A program made the translations under genes and the position numbers. From the NCBI GenBank assembly GCA_041738235.1, contig JBGSQF010000004.1:6215-70214 (forward strand): a stretch of 64,000 bases of DNA, read 5' to 3'. This document shows positions 54,933 through 64,000 of this stretch, one piece after another. Under the pieces are notes generated by a model. It made no database searches and had not been told where the DNA came from. It saw nothing but the letters and a program-made list of their open reading frames with translations. The stretch comes from Minisyncoccia bacterium (GTDB taxonomy: Bacteria > Patescibacteriota > Minisyncoccia > Moranbacterales > GCA-2747515). The stretch's first letter is position 1; each line of letters starts with the position of its first letter.

Positions 54933-57719
54933 ATGTTTTTCAAAAAGAAAACGCTTCTTGCAGGAATTCTCATTTTACAACTCTTTTTTACCAATACCGC
55001 TTCTGCTGACTGGTTCAATATTGGTAACTGGCCAAGTGTTGATGAGGTCGCCAGTCAGATCGAACAGCGCTACCATGTTAATACTGGATCCGTTCAAAAT
55101 CTAGGTGAGACGATGAACGTGTCCTCACAAAAAGAAACCGCACCCGAAGTAATGCTCTTTTTCTCTCCCAGTAATCCTGTCCCCGGAAAAGAAATTACTG
55201 CACAAGCAAATCCTGTTTACTTCAGTAATAGCACAGAACAGCTCTACTATACCTGGTACATCAAGCACAAGGACTGCGATAAAGACTCAAGTGTCAGTAA
55301 CGGAGATAGCAATAAATACTGTGATGTTGATGATGATGGAGATGTTGATGAAAAGGACTGGAAGATCGAAGCGATGCGAACGATCGCCAATAGCGGATTT
55401 GACACCAACCGAGCCGATTACAGCCAAAACACCGACAACGACGGTTATAAAGCTCGCTGGGGAGGCGATGAAAATACCAATATACCTGAACACTGTTACA
55501 TCCAAGACTTTAGTTCAGGAACCCTCTATGAATTTGCCAGTGGGTCTGAAAGCACCAGTTACGGTTGCGGGGCGGGACAAGTGGCACGCTGTGTCAAAAA
55601 TACCAACATTACCTGTACTGAGGATGCTCCCAATCCTTTCGACCCGCCAATAGAAAATACGTACGGAGTATGTCAGAACACCGGACAGGCCCCTCTTTGT
55701 TTTAATACCAGTGTTGTTTGCGAAGGGTCTTCCCTCGATCCAACCCTAACTCCAATGTGCGTTCCCTCGGGGTATGCCACACCCACCTGCACAGACTCCA
55801 ATCTCGATTCCTCACTCTGTGCACAAGTGGGAACACCAATTACCTCCTGCTCGCTCAATACCTCAAATGTAAGTAATGGTTGTAATCACCTCTTCCCTAA
55901 TGCCCCGGGAGATACTACTGGAGATGGAACTTTTGGTCTCAGTGAGGAAAAATTTTGGCAAACAAACCCTCAAGATCCCGACACGGCAGATACCGGGCAC
56001 GGGGACGAGGCCAATGTTGCCGGTCTTGGACAAGACACTTTTACCTGGAACTACGAAGTGGGAGACAAGGTGGGAGTAGTTGTTGAAGGAACCTCCATTA
56101 TCACCACGAAACATGACGATCGCTCTTATGCGATAATGTGGGCGCTTCCCAAAAATGATTGCCCCATCCAAAATGCTTCTTCTTATCGCCAAACTATACG
56201 AGGGTATGATGTGACTTTTTACACCACGACCACCAACATTAACGACTGTCTCGAAAAAAACCTCGTCGACCCGAGAGAGGGGGGCCAAACAGGAAAACTC
56301 GGGATCTCTCTTGATTACACCCCAAACACACCCTTCAACGATGCCTCCGGAGATGATTTTGGAACCACCCTTAATGTATTTAGCTCTCTCCAAAACCCAG
56401 AAAGCTCCAAAGACACGATCCGCTACGAATGGACCGTTGCCATAAGCAGAGATGGCACATTCAACCCCCGCGGGTACAGTGCCGATGAAGCAAGAGATAC
56501 AACAGGGGGACAGGGCTGGCGCGATATTACGAGTTTCCTTCGTGACAATAAACTCATTGATTTTACTCAAGGAAATGGGGTGGATAATATAAACATCAAG
56601 CTCAACCTCACCAATGAGCGCCTTGCCGATCTATCCACCAATATCGCAACTCTTTTTCCTGGAGAAACGGGGTATCTCAAAGTAACCGCGAGAGCTATAG
56701 AGTATGTTAGTCTTGATGAAGCTGCCCGAGAAGACACTGCGTCCGTCGTTATTCCCGTCACCTCTACCGATCGATACATATCCGCAAAAGGTGTTTCAGT
56801 TTCCGATGGCAAGCTCTCTCTTGGAGATGCGATCTGCGAGGAAAGGGTCGACGAGCAAACCAACCCCCTAGGAATTGGAAGAAACCTTTGTTTAGTAGCA
56901 AAAAATGAGATCATTGGACTAACCGTCAATAACACCAGTAATCTTACAGATTTTCAGTGGACCTCAAACGGACAACCTCTTAATTGCACCAATGATATGT
57001 CCTCTAATTGTTCCAATACATCCGCCACCAGCACAAACTTTCTCCCTATCATCGACGATTCCGGAAAAACCTACGAGGTGTCCCTTACGGCCATTAACGC
57101 CGAAACAGGAAAGAAAATCACCGTTTCCCGGACCTTCCTCATCGTTGATCCCACTGTAAAAATACGCTCTAACAATAGAGAACTTGCATGGCCAAAATAC
57201 CTTGGTTATTACAAAGGGACCGACGGTTACGCCTATGCCGACTATAGCGACGATGAGTTTCAGGGGTATCCTGGGGTAGCCCCCACTTTCTCCGTAGAAT
57301 TTATACCAAGTTGGATACAAAACCGAGCAAAATGGGAATGGTTTTTTAATGGAAATTCCATCGCAAAAGATATTCTCGAGGTAGGATTTCCCCTCGACGG
57401 TTCCCCTGGTGATGTGGTAAGCCTCTCAGTCAATGGTTTTTCTCTCGAAGATGACGCTATCCGCACTGCCCTTAAAACATTCTGGGACTATTCTGTGTTC
57501 GAAAGCACAGAACACACACTATCCCATAAGATCGATGTCCAGACTGTCCAAGGAGAAGCAGAAGAAACAGCTATGAGCTCACCAAAAGCCTTCTTCGCCG
57601 CTATCGCAAAAAATGTCTCTGGGCAGATCCTCTTCGTGGTTCAACTTTTCCTCTGGGTAGGAACTCTCATCGTTCTCTTGGGAGGTATATTCGCTCTAAG
57701 TGGATGGAATCGACGATAG
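54933..57719 (+). CDS. Large exported, C-terminally anchored surface protein (Cys-rich, Ca-binding and Ig/PKD-like segments)
   Basis: Signal peptide (…TASA), DVDDDGDVDEKD, Cys cluster, YTW/YEW/FQW strands, C-terminal TM helix. Confidence 0.8.
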   Translation: MFFKKKTLLAGILILQLFFTNTASADWFNIGNWPSVDEVASQIEQRYHVNTGSVQNLGETMNVSSQKETAPEVMLFFSPSNPVPGKEITAQANPVYFSNSTEQLYYTWYIKHKDCDKDSSVSNGDSNKYCDVDDDGDVDEKDWKIEAMRTIANSGFDTNRADYSQNTDNDGYKARWGGDENTNIPEHCYIQDFSSGTLYEFASGSESTSYGCGAGQVARCVKNTNITCTEDAPNPFDPPIENTYGVCQNTGQAPLCFNTSVVCEGSSLDPTLTPMCVPSGYATPTCTDSNLDSSLCAQVGTPITSCSLNTSNVSNGCNHLFPNAPGDTTGDGTFGLSEEKFWQTNPQDPDTADTGHGDEANVAGLGQDTFTWNYEVGDKVGVVVEGTSIITTKHDDRSYAIMWALPKNDCPIQNASSYRQTIRGYDVTFYTTTTNINDCLEKNLVDPREGGQTGKLGISLDYTPNTPFNDASGDDFGTTLNVFSSLQNPESSKDTIRYEWTVAISRDGTFNPRGYSADEARDTTGGQGWRDITSFLRDNKLIDFTQGNGVDNINIKLNLTNERLADLSTNIATLFPGETGYLKVTARAIEYVSLDEAAREDTASVVIPVTSTDRYISAKGVSVSDGKLSLGDAICEERVDEQTNPLGIGRNLCLVAKNEIIGLTVNNTSNLTDFQWTSNGQPLNCTNDMSSNCSNTSATSTNFLPIIDDSGKTYEVSLTAINAETGKKITVSRTFLIVDPTVKIRSNNRELAWPKYLGYYKGTDGYAYADYSDDEFQGYPGVAPTFSVEFIPSWIQNRAKWEWFFNGNSIAKDILEVGFPLDGSPGDVVSLSVNGFSLEDDAIRTALKTFWDYSVFESTEHTLSHKIDVQTVQGEAEETAMSSPKAFFAAIAKNVSGQILFVVQLFLWVGTLIVLLGGIFALSGWNRR

Positions 57720-57760
57720 ATCCCTGCACAAAAATTTTAAACTCTGATATTGTCTGTCTC

Positions 57761-58897
57761 ATGGCAAAAAAGTTTTTTATTGGCTCCTCCGTATTTCTCC
57801 TTGTCCTCCTTTCCCTGTGGGGTATTTATAATTTGTTTTTTGCCCAAAAAGAGACCTCGAAAGCATCTCCGGATGTCCCCACAACTGAAACACCAAAAAC
57901 CGAGATAAAAAAATCCACCGCGATCCAGATAGCCATCGACACACCCATACTTTCTCCATCAATATCTTCCGACGGAGATGGATCAATCCTCTACATCGAC
58001 AAAAACACCGGTTCATTGCAAAAACTTGATCTGGCTTCCGGGAAAAAAGAGGTCTTGTCCGATATAACGCTCACCTCTCCAATAAGCGCTATTTGGAAAA
58101 CAAATGGCACAGCAGCGATCGCGAAGGAATTCCGATCGAATGAACCCTCTTTTCGCCTCATATCTTTTGTAAACTCTGTCCCTCCAGCCTTACTCAAATG
58201 GGGTATTCGCTACCTCATCTGGGACGAACTTGAAAACAACATCATCTATACTTATCAAGATGCTGCTGGAAAAATGACCCTAAATCGCGCTCTCCCGGAC
58301 GGATCTGAGTGGAAAGAGCTTGAAAAACTGCCCTCAACGCCAGTGTTCATACAATCGATCCCCAAATCCCCCCTCATTGCTCTCTGGGAAAGACCGGCGA
58401 ACAACCGCGTAGGGGAACTCAAGACCATCAACATCACCAATGGGGAGACAAAAACGCTCTTTCCCGGAAAATATGGGGCCAACTATCTCTGGTCACCCAA
58501 TGGGGAGAACATTCTTCTCAGCTGGGCACCCGAAAAAAACAAATCGAGAATAACCTTAGCTATGATCAATAAGAATGGGGGTGAATATACCGACCTCAAC
58601 TTTCCTACCCTTGTAGAAAAGTGTGTTTGGCTTAACGACAACAAGACAGTGTACTGTGCCCTCCCCGGATCGCTCTCACAGACAGCCGTCATGCCCGATG
58701 ATTTTTATGGACAATCCTTCTCGAGTAGTGACACTTTCTGGAAGATCGACACAGAAACAGGAAAATCAGAGAGGATCGTGGCCTTGGAAGATATGTCTGA
58801 ATCATTTGATGCCGTTACTCTTTTGGTCTCTCCGGACGAATCCAAGTTGTTTTTTGTAAATCGAAAAGATAACAAGCTCTACTCGATTCAGTTATAG
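57761..58897 (+). CDS. Membrane-anchored TolB-like beta-propeller protein
   Basis: TM helix followed by WSPNG, SPDES and similar blade motifs. Confidence 0.7.
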   Translation: MAKKFFIGSSVFLLVLLSLWGIYNLFFAQKETSKASPDVPTTETPKTEIKKSTAIQIAIDTPILSPSISSDGDGSILYIDKNTGSLQKLDLASGKKEVLSDITLTSPISAIWKTNGTAAIAKEFRSNEPSFRLISFVNSVPPALLKWGIRYLIWDELENNIIYTYQDAAGKMTLNRALPDGSEWKELEKLPSTPVFIQSIPKSPLIALWERPANNRVGELKTINITNGETKTLFPGKYGANYLWSPNGENILLSWAPEKNKSRITLAMINKNGGEYTDLNFPTLVEKCVWLNDNKTVYCALPGSLSQTAVMPDDFYGQSFSSSDTFWKIDTETGKSERIVALEDMSESFDAVTLLVSPDESKLFFVNRKDNKLYSIQL

Positions 58898-58906
58898 CTG
58901 TGTACT

Positions 58907-60031
58907 ATGAAAAAATCTTTCCTATTTTTTTCCATACTATTGGCTGTGTTTTTTGTTCCCTCATCCACCTTCGGTTTAGGAAATACAACAACCTGTCAAA
59001 CTACCCTCAGCTACTATAGAGCGTGTGTCTATGGTGGCACAGCCTGTTCAACTGGTTGGACAGAATCCTCTCTCGCCTGTTCAAACAATACCGCTGGAGA
59101 AACTGGAAAATGTTGTGAAAAAAGCACACAAACAACTTCCACCGGAAACCCAAGCTCTACAACCACATCTACCTCCGCTTCCTTCACTTACACTCCCCTT
59201 GAAGAGATCCCGGGACAAGGAACTACAAGTGACCTTTCTTCCTACATAAAGGGACTCTATTCTTTTAGTATCTTCTCTGTGGGAATAGCAGCCCTTCTTA
59301 TGGTGATCATAGGTGGGTTTATCTACGTAACGGCAGCAGGGAACACCTCGAATGTAGACAAAGGGAAGGAATATATAAAAGATGCCTTTTTTGGAATACT
59401 TATAGCCTTCGGATCGTATCTTATATTGTACGTCATCAATCCAGATCTAGTGAATGTCGATCTGAGCAGCTTAAGCAAGTTAGCAATGGTAGGGGGAAGT
59501 GGATCATCCTACACTGAACAAAGTACCCCCGTTAAGGGATCCGGAAATGGTACATGCGACCCGGTGCCAAGCGGATCTTGCTCTGTAGAGTCACTTAAAA
59601 GCACCTGTCTCGCATCAAATGCAGAGGCGTTTTCTCGCCTATGTAACAAGGAAAGTGCGGGCGCAGTAAACTCCTCAAGTGGAGTTGATATCTGCTCCAA
59701 TTATGGAAATGCGAGTTTTTCTGGAGGACTCTTCCAAATCAATGTTTTTTCAAATGGAAGCATGCTTGGGGACTCCCGCTGTAATAATTTGGGAAGCAAA
59801 GGCACCTGCGCCAACAGAAGAGCAAGTGACGGAGTATGTCTTGGTTGGAACTGCCAATTAACTGCTGGAAATGCTAATGACCTCAATTATTGTATGGGTC
59901 TCACAAAAACAGCAGATAAAAATATTTCTGTAGCCTGTCAACTCTCCGGAAACGGCGTCAACACAACCCCCTGGGCGTGCAGCGCCAACAAATGCGGACT
60001 CGGCGGCACATCAAGCTCTTTCTGTAAGTAA
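58907..60031 (+). CDS. VirB2/TrbC-like pilin fused to a lysozyme-like (SLT) domain
   Basis: Pilin core IAALLMVIIGGFIYVTAAGN…YLILYVINPDLV; C-terminal KESAG…GLFQI…NI…PW. Confidence 0.7.
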   Translation: MKKSFLFFSILLAVFFVPSSTFGLGNTTTCQTTLSYYRACVYGGTACSTGWTESSLACSNNTAGETGKCCEKSTQTTSTGNPSSTTTSTSASFTYTPLEEIPGQGTTSDLSSYIKGLYSFSIFSVGIAALLMVIIGGFIYVTAAGNTSNVDKGKEYIKDAFFGILIAFGSYLILYVINPDLVNVDLSSLSKLAMVGGSGSSYTEQSTPVKGSGNGTCDPVPSGSCSVESLKSTCLASNAEAFSRLCNKESAGAVNSSSGVDICSNYGNASFSGGLFQINVFSNGSMLGDSRCNNLGSKGTCANRRASDGVCLGWNCQLTAGNANDLNYCMGLTKTADKNISVACQLSGNGVNTTPWACSANKCGLGGTSSSFCK

Positions 60032-60049
60032 ATTTTCATTTACAAGTTT

Positions 60050-60532
60050 ATGTCTTTTTTCAAAAAAACCCTTCTTTTTACAGCACTTTTTCTTATTATC
60101 TTTGGAGTTATTGCATACCTCTTTCTCAAAAAGACCTCCCCATCAAACACAACCCCAAAACAAACAGAGGAAACAATACAACTTAATAAACAAATAGAGT
60201 CTACCGTCCTTCCAGAAGCCCAACTGATTGACAAAGGCACTTACCTCATACAGGAAGGGAAACAAGAAGCCAATTCTCCAAATCCAGATTATTCGATATA
60301 CTATTTTCAAGAAACAGGACAATATAGTATCGTTCTTCTCAAAACCCCCCTCGAAGAAACTAGAAAAGAAGCGGAAGAAGCTTTCCTAAAACAGGTCGCG
60401 GCATCCGGCGTTACAAAACAAGATGCATGCAAACTCTTTGTCACCGTTCAAACCATAGCAAGTGTCGACGAGATAAACTCTGGAAGAAATTTTGGACTCA
60501 GTTTTTGCCCAAATGCCAAAAACTTCGATTAG
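60050..60532 (+). CDS. Membrane-anchored hypothetical protein
   Basis: N-terminal TM helix; two Cys (DACKL, LSFCP). Confidence 0.75.
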   Translation: MSFFKKTLLFTALFLIIFGVIAYLFLKKTSPSNTTPKQTEETIQLNKQIESTVLPEAQLIDKGTYLIQEGKQEANSPNPDYSIYYFQETGQYSIVLLKTPLEETRKEAEEAFLKQVAASGVTKQDACKLFVTVQTIASVDEINSGRNFGLSFCPNAKNFD

Positions 60533-60689
60533 TAAAGGGCCTTTTAAAAAATTCTTCTCTGCTCTATTCGTCAAAATCCTTTGTTTTGTTACAATATTAA
60601 CCAGCTATAGCCAACTAAAAGATCCTTCTTTAAATACCCTTTTGTGCTATACTAGTATCATTAATAAAATATATTTTATTTATCCTTCC

Positions 60690-61961
60690 ATGACCAAGAG
60701 CCTACTTCCAAGAAAGATGTTCCTCCTCTTTTTTATTTTCTCCTGTTTCGTTTTTCTGCCAAGTCTGTGTCATGGGGTCGTGGAAACGCCAGTTCCCTCA
60801 GTGGACTGTGAGAATCCTTCAATTTGGGGAGGAAGTTGCGGAGGAGTATGCGGACAAGGACGAAAATCAGTAGGAGTATGTACTGGAAATTTAACCGGTG
60901 GCTGGTGCTGCGTCACAAGCGAGCAATACGATAAACTTGCAGAACAAGGAAAGGTACCCAAAGAAACGCCAACATCAACAGGAACCGATGAGTGCCAAAA
61001 GAACGGGGGAACTTGTAGCCAAAGCTGTTCCGGTATAGGGGCCGCTTACGGAAATTGCGAAAACGGACCGCCGGTTGTGTATTGTTGCCAAAAAAATAGC
61101 ACGTCTACATCCACATCTACCTCCGCTTCCTTCACTTACACTCCCCTTGAAGAGATCCCGGGACAAGGCATAACAACCGACCTTTCCTCGTATATAAAAG
61201 GGCTCTACTCCTTTGCAATATTCTCTGTAGGGATAGCAGCCCTTCTCATGGTGATCATAGGTGGGTTTATCTACGTAACGGCGGCAGGGAATACCTCAAA
61301 TGTAGATAAAGGGAAAGGATATATTCGCGATGCTCTTATTGGGATACTTATCGCCTTTGGATCCTACCTCATCCTCTACGTGATCAACCCGGACCTGGTA
61401 AATATTGATCTGAGCAACTTAAATAAGCTCTCTCTTTCCGGAGGAGTGGGCTCCACTGGATCGACCGGATCAGGAACGGGCGGTTCAGGAAGTGCAACCT
61501 CAAACCCAGGAACCTGCGGGGGTATAAAGGTCCAATCAGGAACGGCAGGATGTTCACTAGCCTCAGGTGATCTTGGTGGAATGCTCTCCTGCATGGTGGG
61601 GAAGGGAATAAATAACTACTCCGGATACGTCTACTCCGTCACTTCCAATGCCACCGGAGATAACAAAGAGGCTTCTGCTGCTTGCTGCGGAAACGGACAC
61701 TCTGCAAAATGCCCTCATAGTAATACAAGTTGTCATCACGGATGTACAATGTCAGACAAGGGAAGCTCTTACTCGGTTGACTATTTGACCACCAGCCTTT
61801 CAGACACACAGATCTGCGAAGTAGTAGATATTGCCATAGCTTGCGGCGCAACTACCAGTGGAAATATCTGGGGACCCAAAACCATGTGTAACGGAAAGGT
61901 CCATTACGCAAGTGGCCATGGCAACCACCTCCACATCCCTACGAGTAGCTGTGGTCACTAA
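60690..61961 (+). CDS. VirB2/TrbC-like pilin fused to a putative Zn-peptidase (M15/Hedgehog-like) domain
   Basis: Same pilin core; C-terminal HSNTSCHHG…SVDY…HGNHLHI. Confidence 0.65.
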   Translation: MTKSLLPRKMFLLFFIFSCFVFLPSLCHGVVETPVPSVDCENPSIWGGSCGGVCGQGRKSVGVCTGNLTGGWCCVTSEQYDKLAEQGKVPKETPTSTGTDECQKNGGTCSQSCSGIGAAYGNCENGPPVVYCCQKNSTSTSTSTSASFTYTPLEEIPGQGITTDLSSYIKGLYSFAIFSVGIAALLMVIIGGFIYVTAAGNTSNVDKGKGYIRDALIGILIAFGSYLILYVINPDLVNIDLSNLNKLSLSGGVGSTGSTGSGTGGSGSATSNPGTCGGIKVQSGTAGCSLASGDLGGMLSCMVGKGINNYSGYVYSVTSNATGDNKEASAACCGNGHSAKCPHSNTSCHHGCTMSDKGSSYSVDYLTTSLSDTQICEVVDIAIACGATTSGNIWGPKTMCNGKVHYASGHGNHLHIPTSSCGH

Positions 61962-63108
61962 AGACAAACAACCAAAAAACGACACTGAGCATATTTCCCC
62001 AAAAGACCGTATCCACCGATCCATGCAGAAATAATGCAAAAAGCACACAAAAGACCCCAATTGTAAAAATATTGGTGGTTTTTTTATTCTTGTAAAACGC
62101 AAAAACCACATTCCCCACCACTATAAGAAATCCGATCACACCCAACACTCCCGCATACAGCCAGAAAGCAAGAAGCGTATTGTGTGGATGCGGAACTGCC
62201 CATTCAAGATAGGGGGGATAGAATTTCTGGTATTCCAAGTATATATCTTGAAAATTCCCCGGACCAATACCAAAAAGGGTATTATCAGCTCCAATTTGGA
62301 CCGCGCTTCTCCAGATCATCATCCGAGAAGCAAGAGATGACCGTTCCAAGAAGAGCTCCTTTTGAAGAAAAAACAAGAAAAAACCACCCAACAACAACAC
62401 TGACCCAGCCATAAAAAATGCCTTATACTTTTTCAAAAACCCCCAATGTAAAGCCGCCTCACCCAAAAATATCCCCACCAGAGACGAAATGATTGACCCA
62501 GACGATCCGGTGGCCACCATTGCAAGACAAAGGATCACAATGACCGGAAGTACTATCCTACGGGTACCCTTTATCCCCTCTCGATACAAAAACCACGCCA
62601 TAATGAAAGCTGGAACAATATACATTGCTAGTTGATTGGGGGATTCATACCAGCCACGTAGGCGGTGGTCATAGGTTATCGAAAAAGATTCGGGAAGAAA
62701 AAAAGAAAGAAGCGCAACAAAGAACGCCGACCCCATATAGAAAAAAATTCCCTTACGCAAGGAAAATCCACAAAGATACGACAAAAAAACGAATAAAAAG
62801 GGGAGAACGACCCAACTCTTGATGATCCCCAGCTCACGAAACTGGATCCCATGAGAGAGGAAAGAAGCAAAAACCGTTCCCAGAACGATACAAAAGAATC
62901 CCCCCATTACCCATCTCTTCTCCTGTATTCTTTGCCACATTTTTTCTTTTTCTGTAGGAAAAAACAACAGCCCAAAAGAAAGTAGTATCGTCATGCCCTC
63001 AAGTATGTCCAATGCATTAAGCAAAGAAAAAACGCCTCCAAGATAAATAGGATAGACGGGAAGGAAAAAGAGGGTACTTAGAAAAAATATTTCAGCTATT
63101 TTTCTCAT
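61939..63108 (-). CDS. O-antigen ligase (Wzy_C)-family protein
   Basis: RLRGWYESPNQLA, SRMMIW, FGIGPGNF, HPHN. Confidence 0.85.
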   Translation of the reverse strand: MRKIAEIFFLSTLFFLPVYPIYLGGVFSLLNALDILEGMTILLSFGLLFFPTEKEKMWQRIQEKRWVMGGFFCIVLGTVFASFLSHGIQFRELGIIKSWVVLPFLFVFLSYLCGFSLRKGIFFYMGSAFFVALLSFFLPESFSITYDHRLRGWYESPNQLAMYIVPAFIMAWFLYREGIKGTRRIVLPVIVILCLAMVATGSSGSIISSLVGIFLGEAALHWGFLKKYKAFFMAGSVLLLGGFFLFFLQKELFLERSSLASRMMIWRSAVQIGADNTLFGIGPGNFQDIYLEYQKFYPPYLEWAVPHPHNTLLAFWLYAGVLGVIGFLIVVGNVVFAFYKNKKTTNIFTIGVFCVLFALFLHGSVDTVFWGNMLSVVFWLFVFSDHSYS

Positions 63109-64000
63109 CTTGTGTCTTGTTTATTGGAGTGACATCGCTCCACAGAATGGCCCCCACGACGCACAGAATGCCCGCCACGTGCACAGAATAGATCGGGGTA
63201 TCAAAGATAGCATGAACAGAAAAAGTTATCAAAGAAACGGCTCCTGCGAAAAATACCACGTCCTTTTTTGCAAGAAGCAAAGACCGTCTCATGGCCCATA
63301 CCATCCCAATGACCCATAAGGCAAGACCTGCAAACCCCATTTCTGTGGCAATATCCAAATACAGATCGTGCGCATAGATCGGGTCACGATACGTGGCGCT
63401 TGGCTGAACCGTTTCCGGGTATCCGCCAAGTCCAACTCCGAGAAAAGGATTCTCAGTCACAACATCCCAAGCCTGTCCCCACAAAAAAAGTCGCTCCTCT
63501 CCCGAAGCGTCCACGGAAAAAAGTGTTGATTCAAGTCGATCTCGAACAAAATTGTTCGTTCCCAGCGTCACACCAACCATACACACCAAGCAAGTAAGAG
63601 CAAAAAGACCCTCACGAAAACGCAATAAACGATCGCGAACAAATATTGCTCCGATCACCAAAAATCCAACAAAAAGGCCGATGTATGCCCCCCGAGAGAA
63701 CGACAAAAAAATCGCCAAGACCATAAAAAGAGCAGCGACCAAATATATTTTCTTTTTTTCCTTTAAAAAGAGAAAAAGTGCCCAGGGAAAACACACTTCC
63801 AGGAAGAAAGCGAACACATGCGGATCTGGAAACACTGCAATGGCACGAAATATGGTGATCCCTCCAACATTGACCAACCAACTCGAATATTCCAAGACCG
63901 TTTCAGAAAACACCCCTCCAAGGAAAAATGGGGCTATGTACTCCCTCCAAATAAAGAGCGTTGTCTCAAGACCAAATACAAATTGCCCCAGCCACTGAAA
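63092..64000 (-). CDS. O-antigen ligase-family protein, 5' end beyond window
   Basis: Frame open to base 64000; FPDPH, SFSRGA, ERLFLW, GVGLGGY, AHDLYL. Confidence 0.85.
   Translation of the reverse strand, partial: FQWLGQFVFGLETTLFIWREYIAPFFLGGVFSETVLEYSSWLVNVGGITIFRAIAVFPDPHVFAFFLEVCFPWALFLFLKEKKKIYLVAALFMVLAIFLSFSRGAYIGLFVGFLVIGAIFVRDRLLRFREGLFALTCLVCMVGVTLGTNNFVRDRLESTLFSVDASGEERLFLWGQAWDVVTENPFLGVGLGGYPETVQPSATYRDPIYAHDLYLDIATEMGFAGLALWVIGMVWAMRRSLLLAKKDVVFFAGAVSLITFSVHAIFDTPIYSVHVAGILCVVGAILWSDVTPINKTQDEKNS

Noticed and set aside
1-64000. Alternative genetic code (UGA=Gly, as in Gracilibacteria)
   Set aside because: Conserved genes are full length under code 11, and several (ldh, ftsH, tilS) end at TGA at the expected position.

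Overview
A 64-kb chromosomal segment that most likely comes from a Patescibacteria (CPR, Parcubacteria-like) genome. This is an inference from compact housekeeping genes that mostly lack Shine-Dalgarno motifs, short gene leaders, a PrgI/VirB4/VirB6/VirB2-type secretion locus without a relaxase, and the standard genetic code. Housekeeping content includes nrdA (partial), SOD, ahpC, ldh, rluD-like, rplS, gmk, tilS, ftsH, xerC/D, pcrA, rsmA, ddl, comM/yifB, lspA, dksA-like, yraN, pnp, rpsO, gyrA, rbfA, nrnA-like, udg, rpsA, two O-antigen-ligase-like genes and 10 tRNAs. Five features stand out. (1) An ORF-free, ~480-nt minus-strand unit (30557-31039) has its own near-consensus promoter and terminator, and G.U-containing helices joined by CA-rich linkers; it is a candidate large non-coding RNA that I cannot match to a known class. 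(2) Two VirB2/TrbC-like pilin paralogues share one core but carry different C-terminal peptidoglycan-hydrolase-like domains. (3) Eight parS palindromes lie within 830 bp. (4) A 150-bp structured mini-element duplicates the tRNA-Leu 3' end. (5) Self-contained, GC-rich orphan gene cassettes and a Fic islet at tRNA-Gly are present. All calls were made by eye; no database searches were run.
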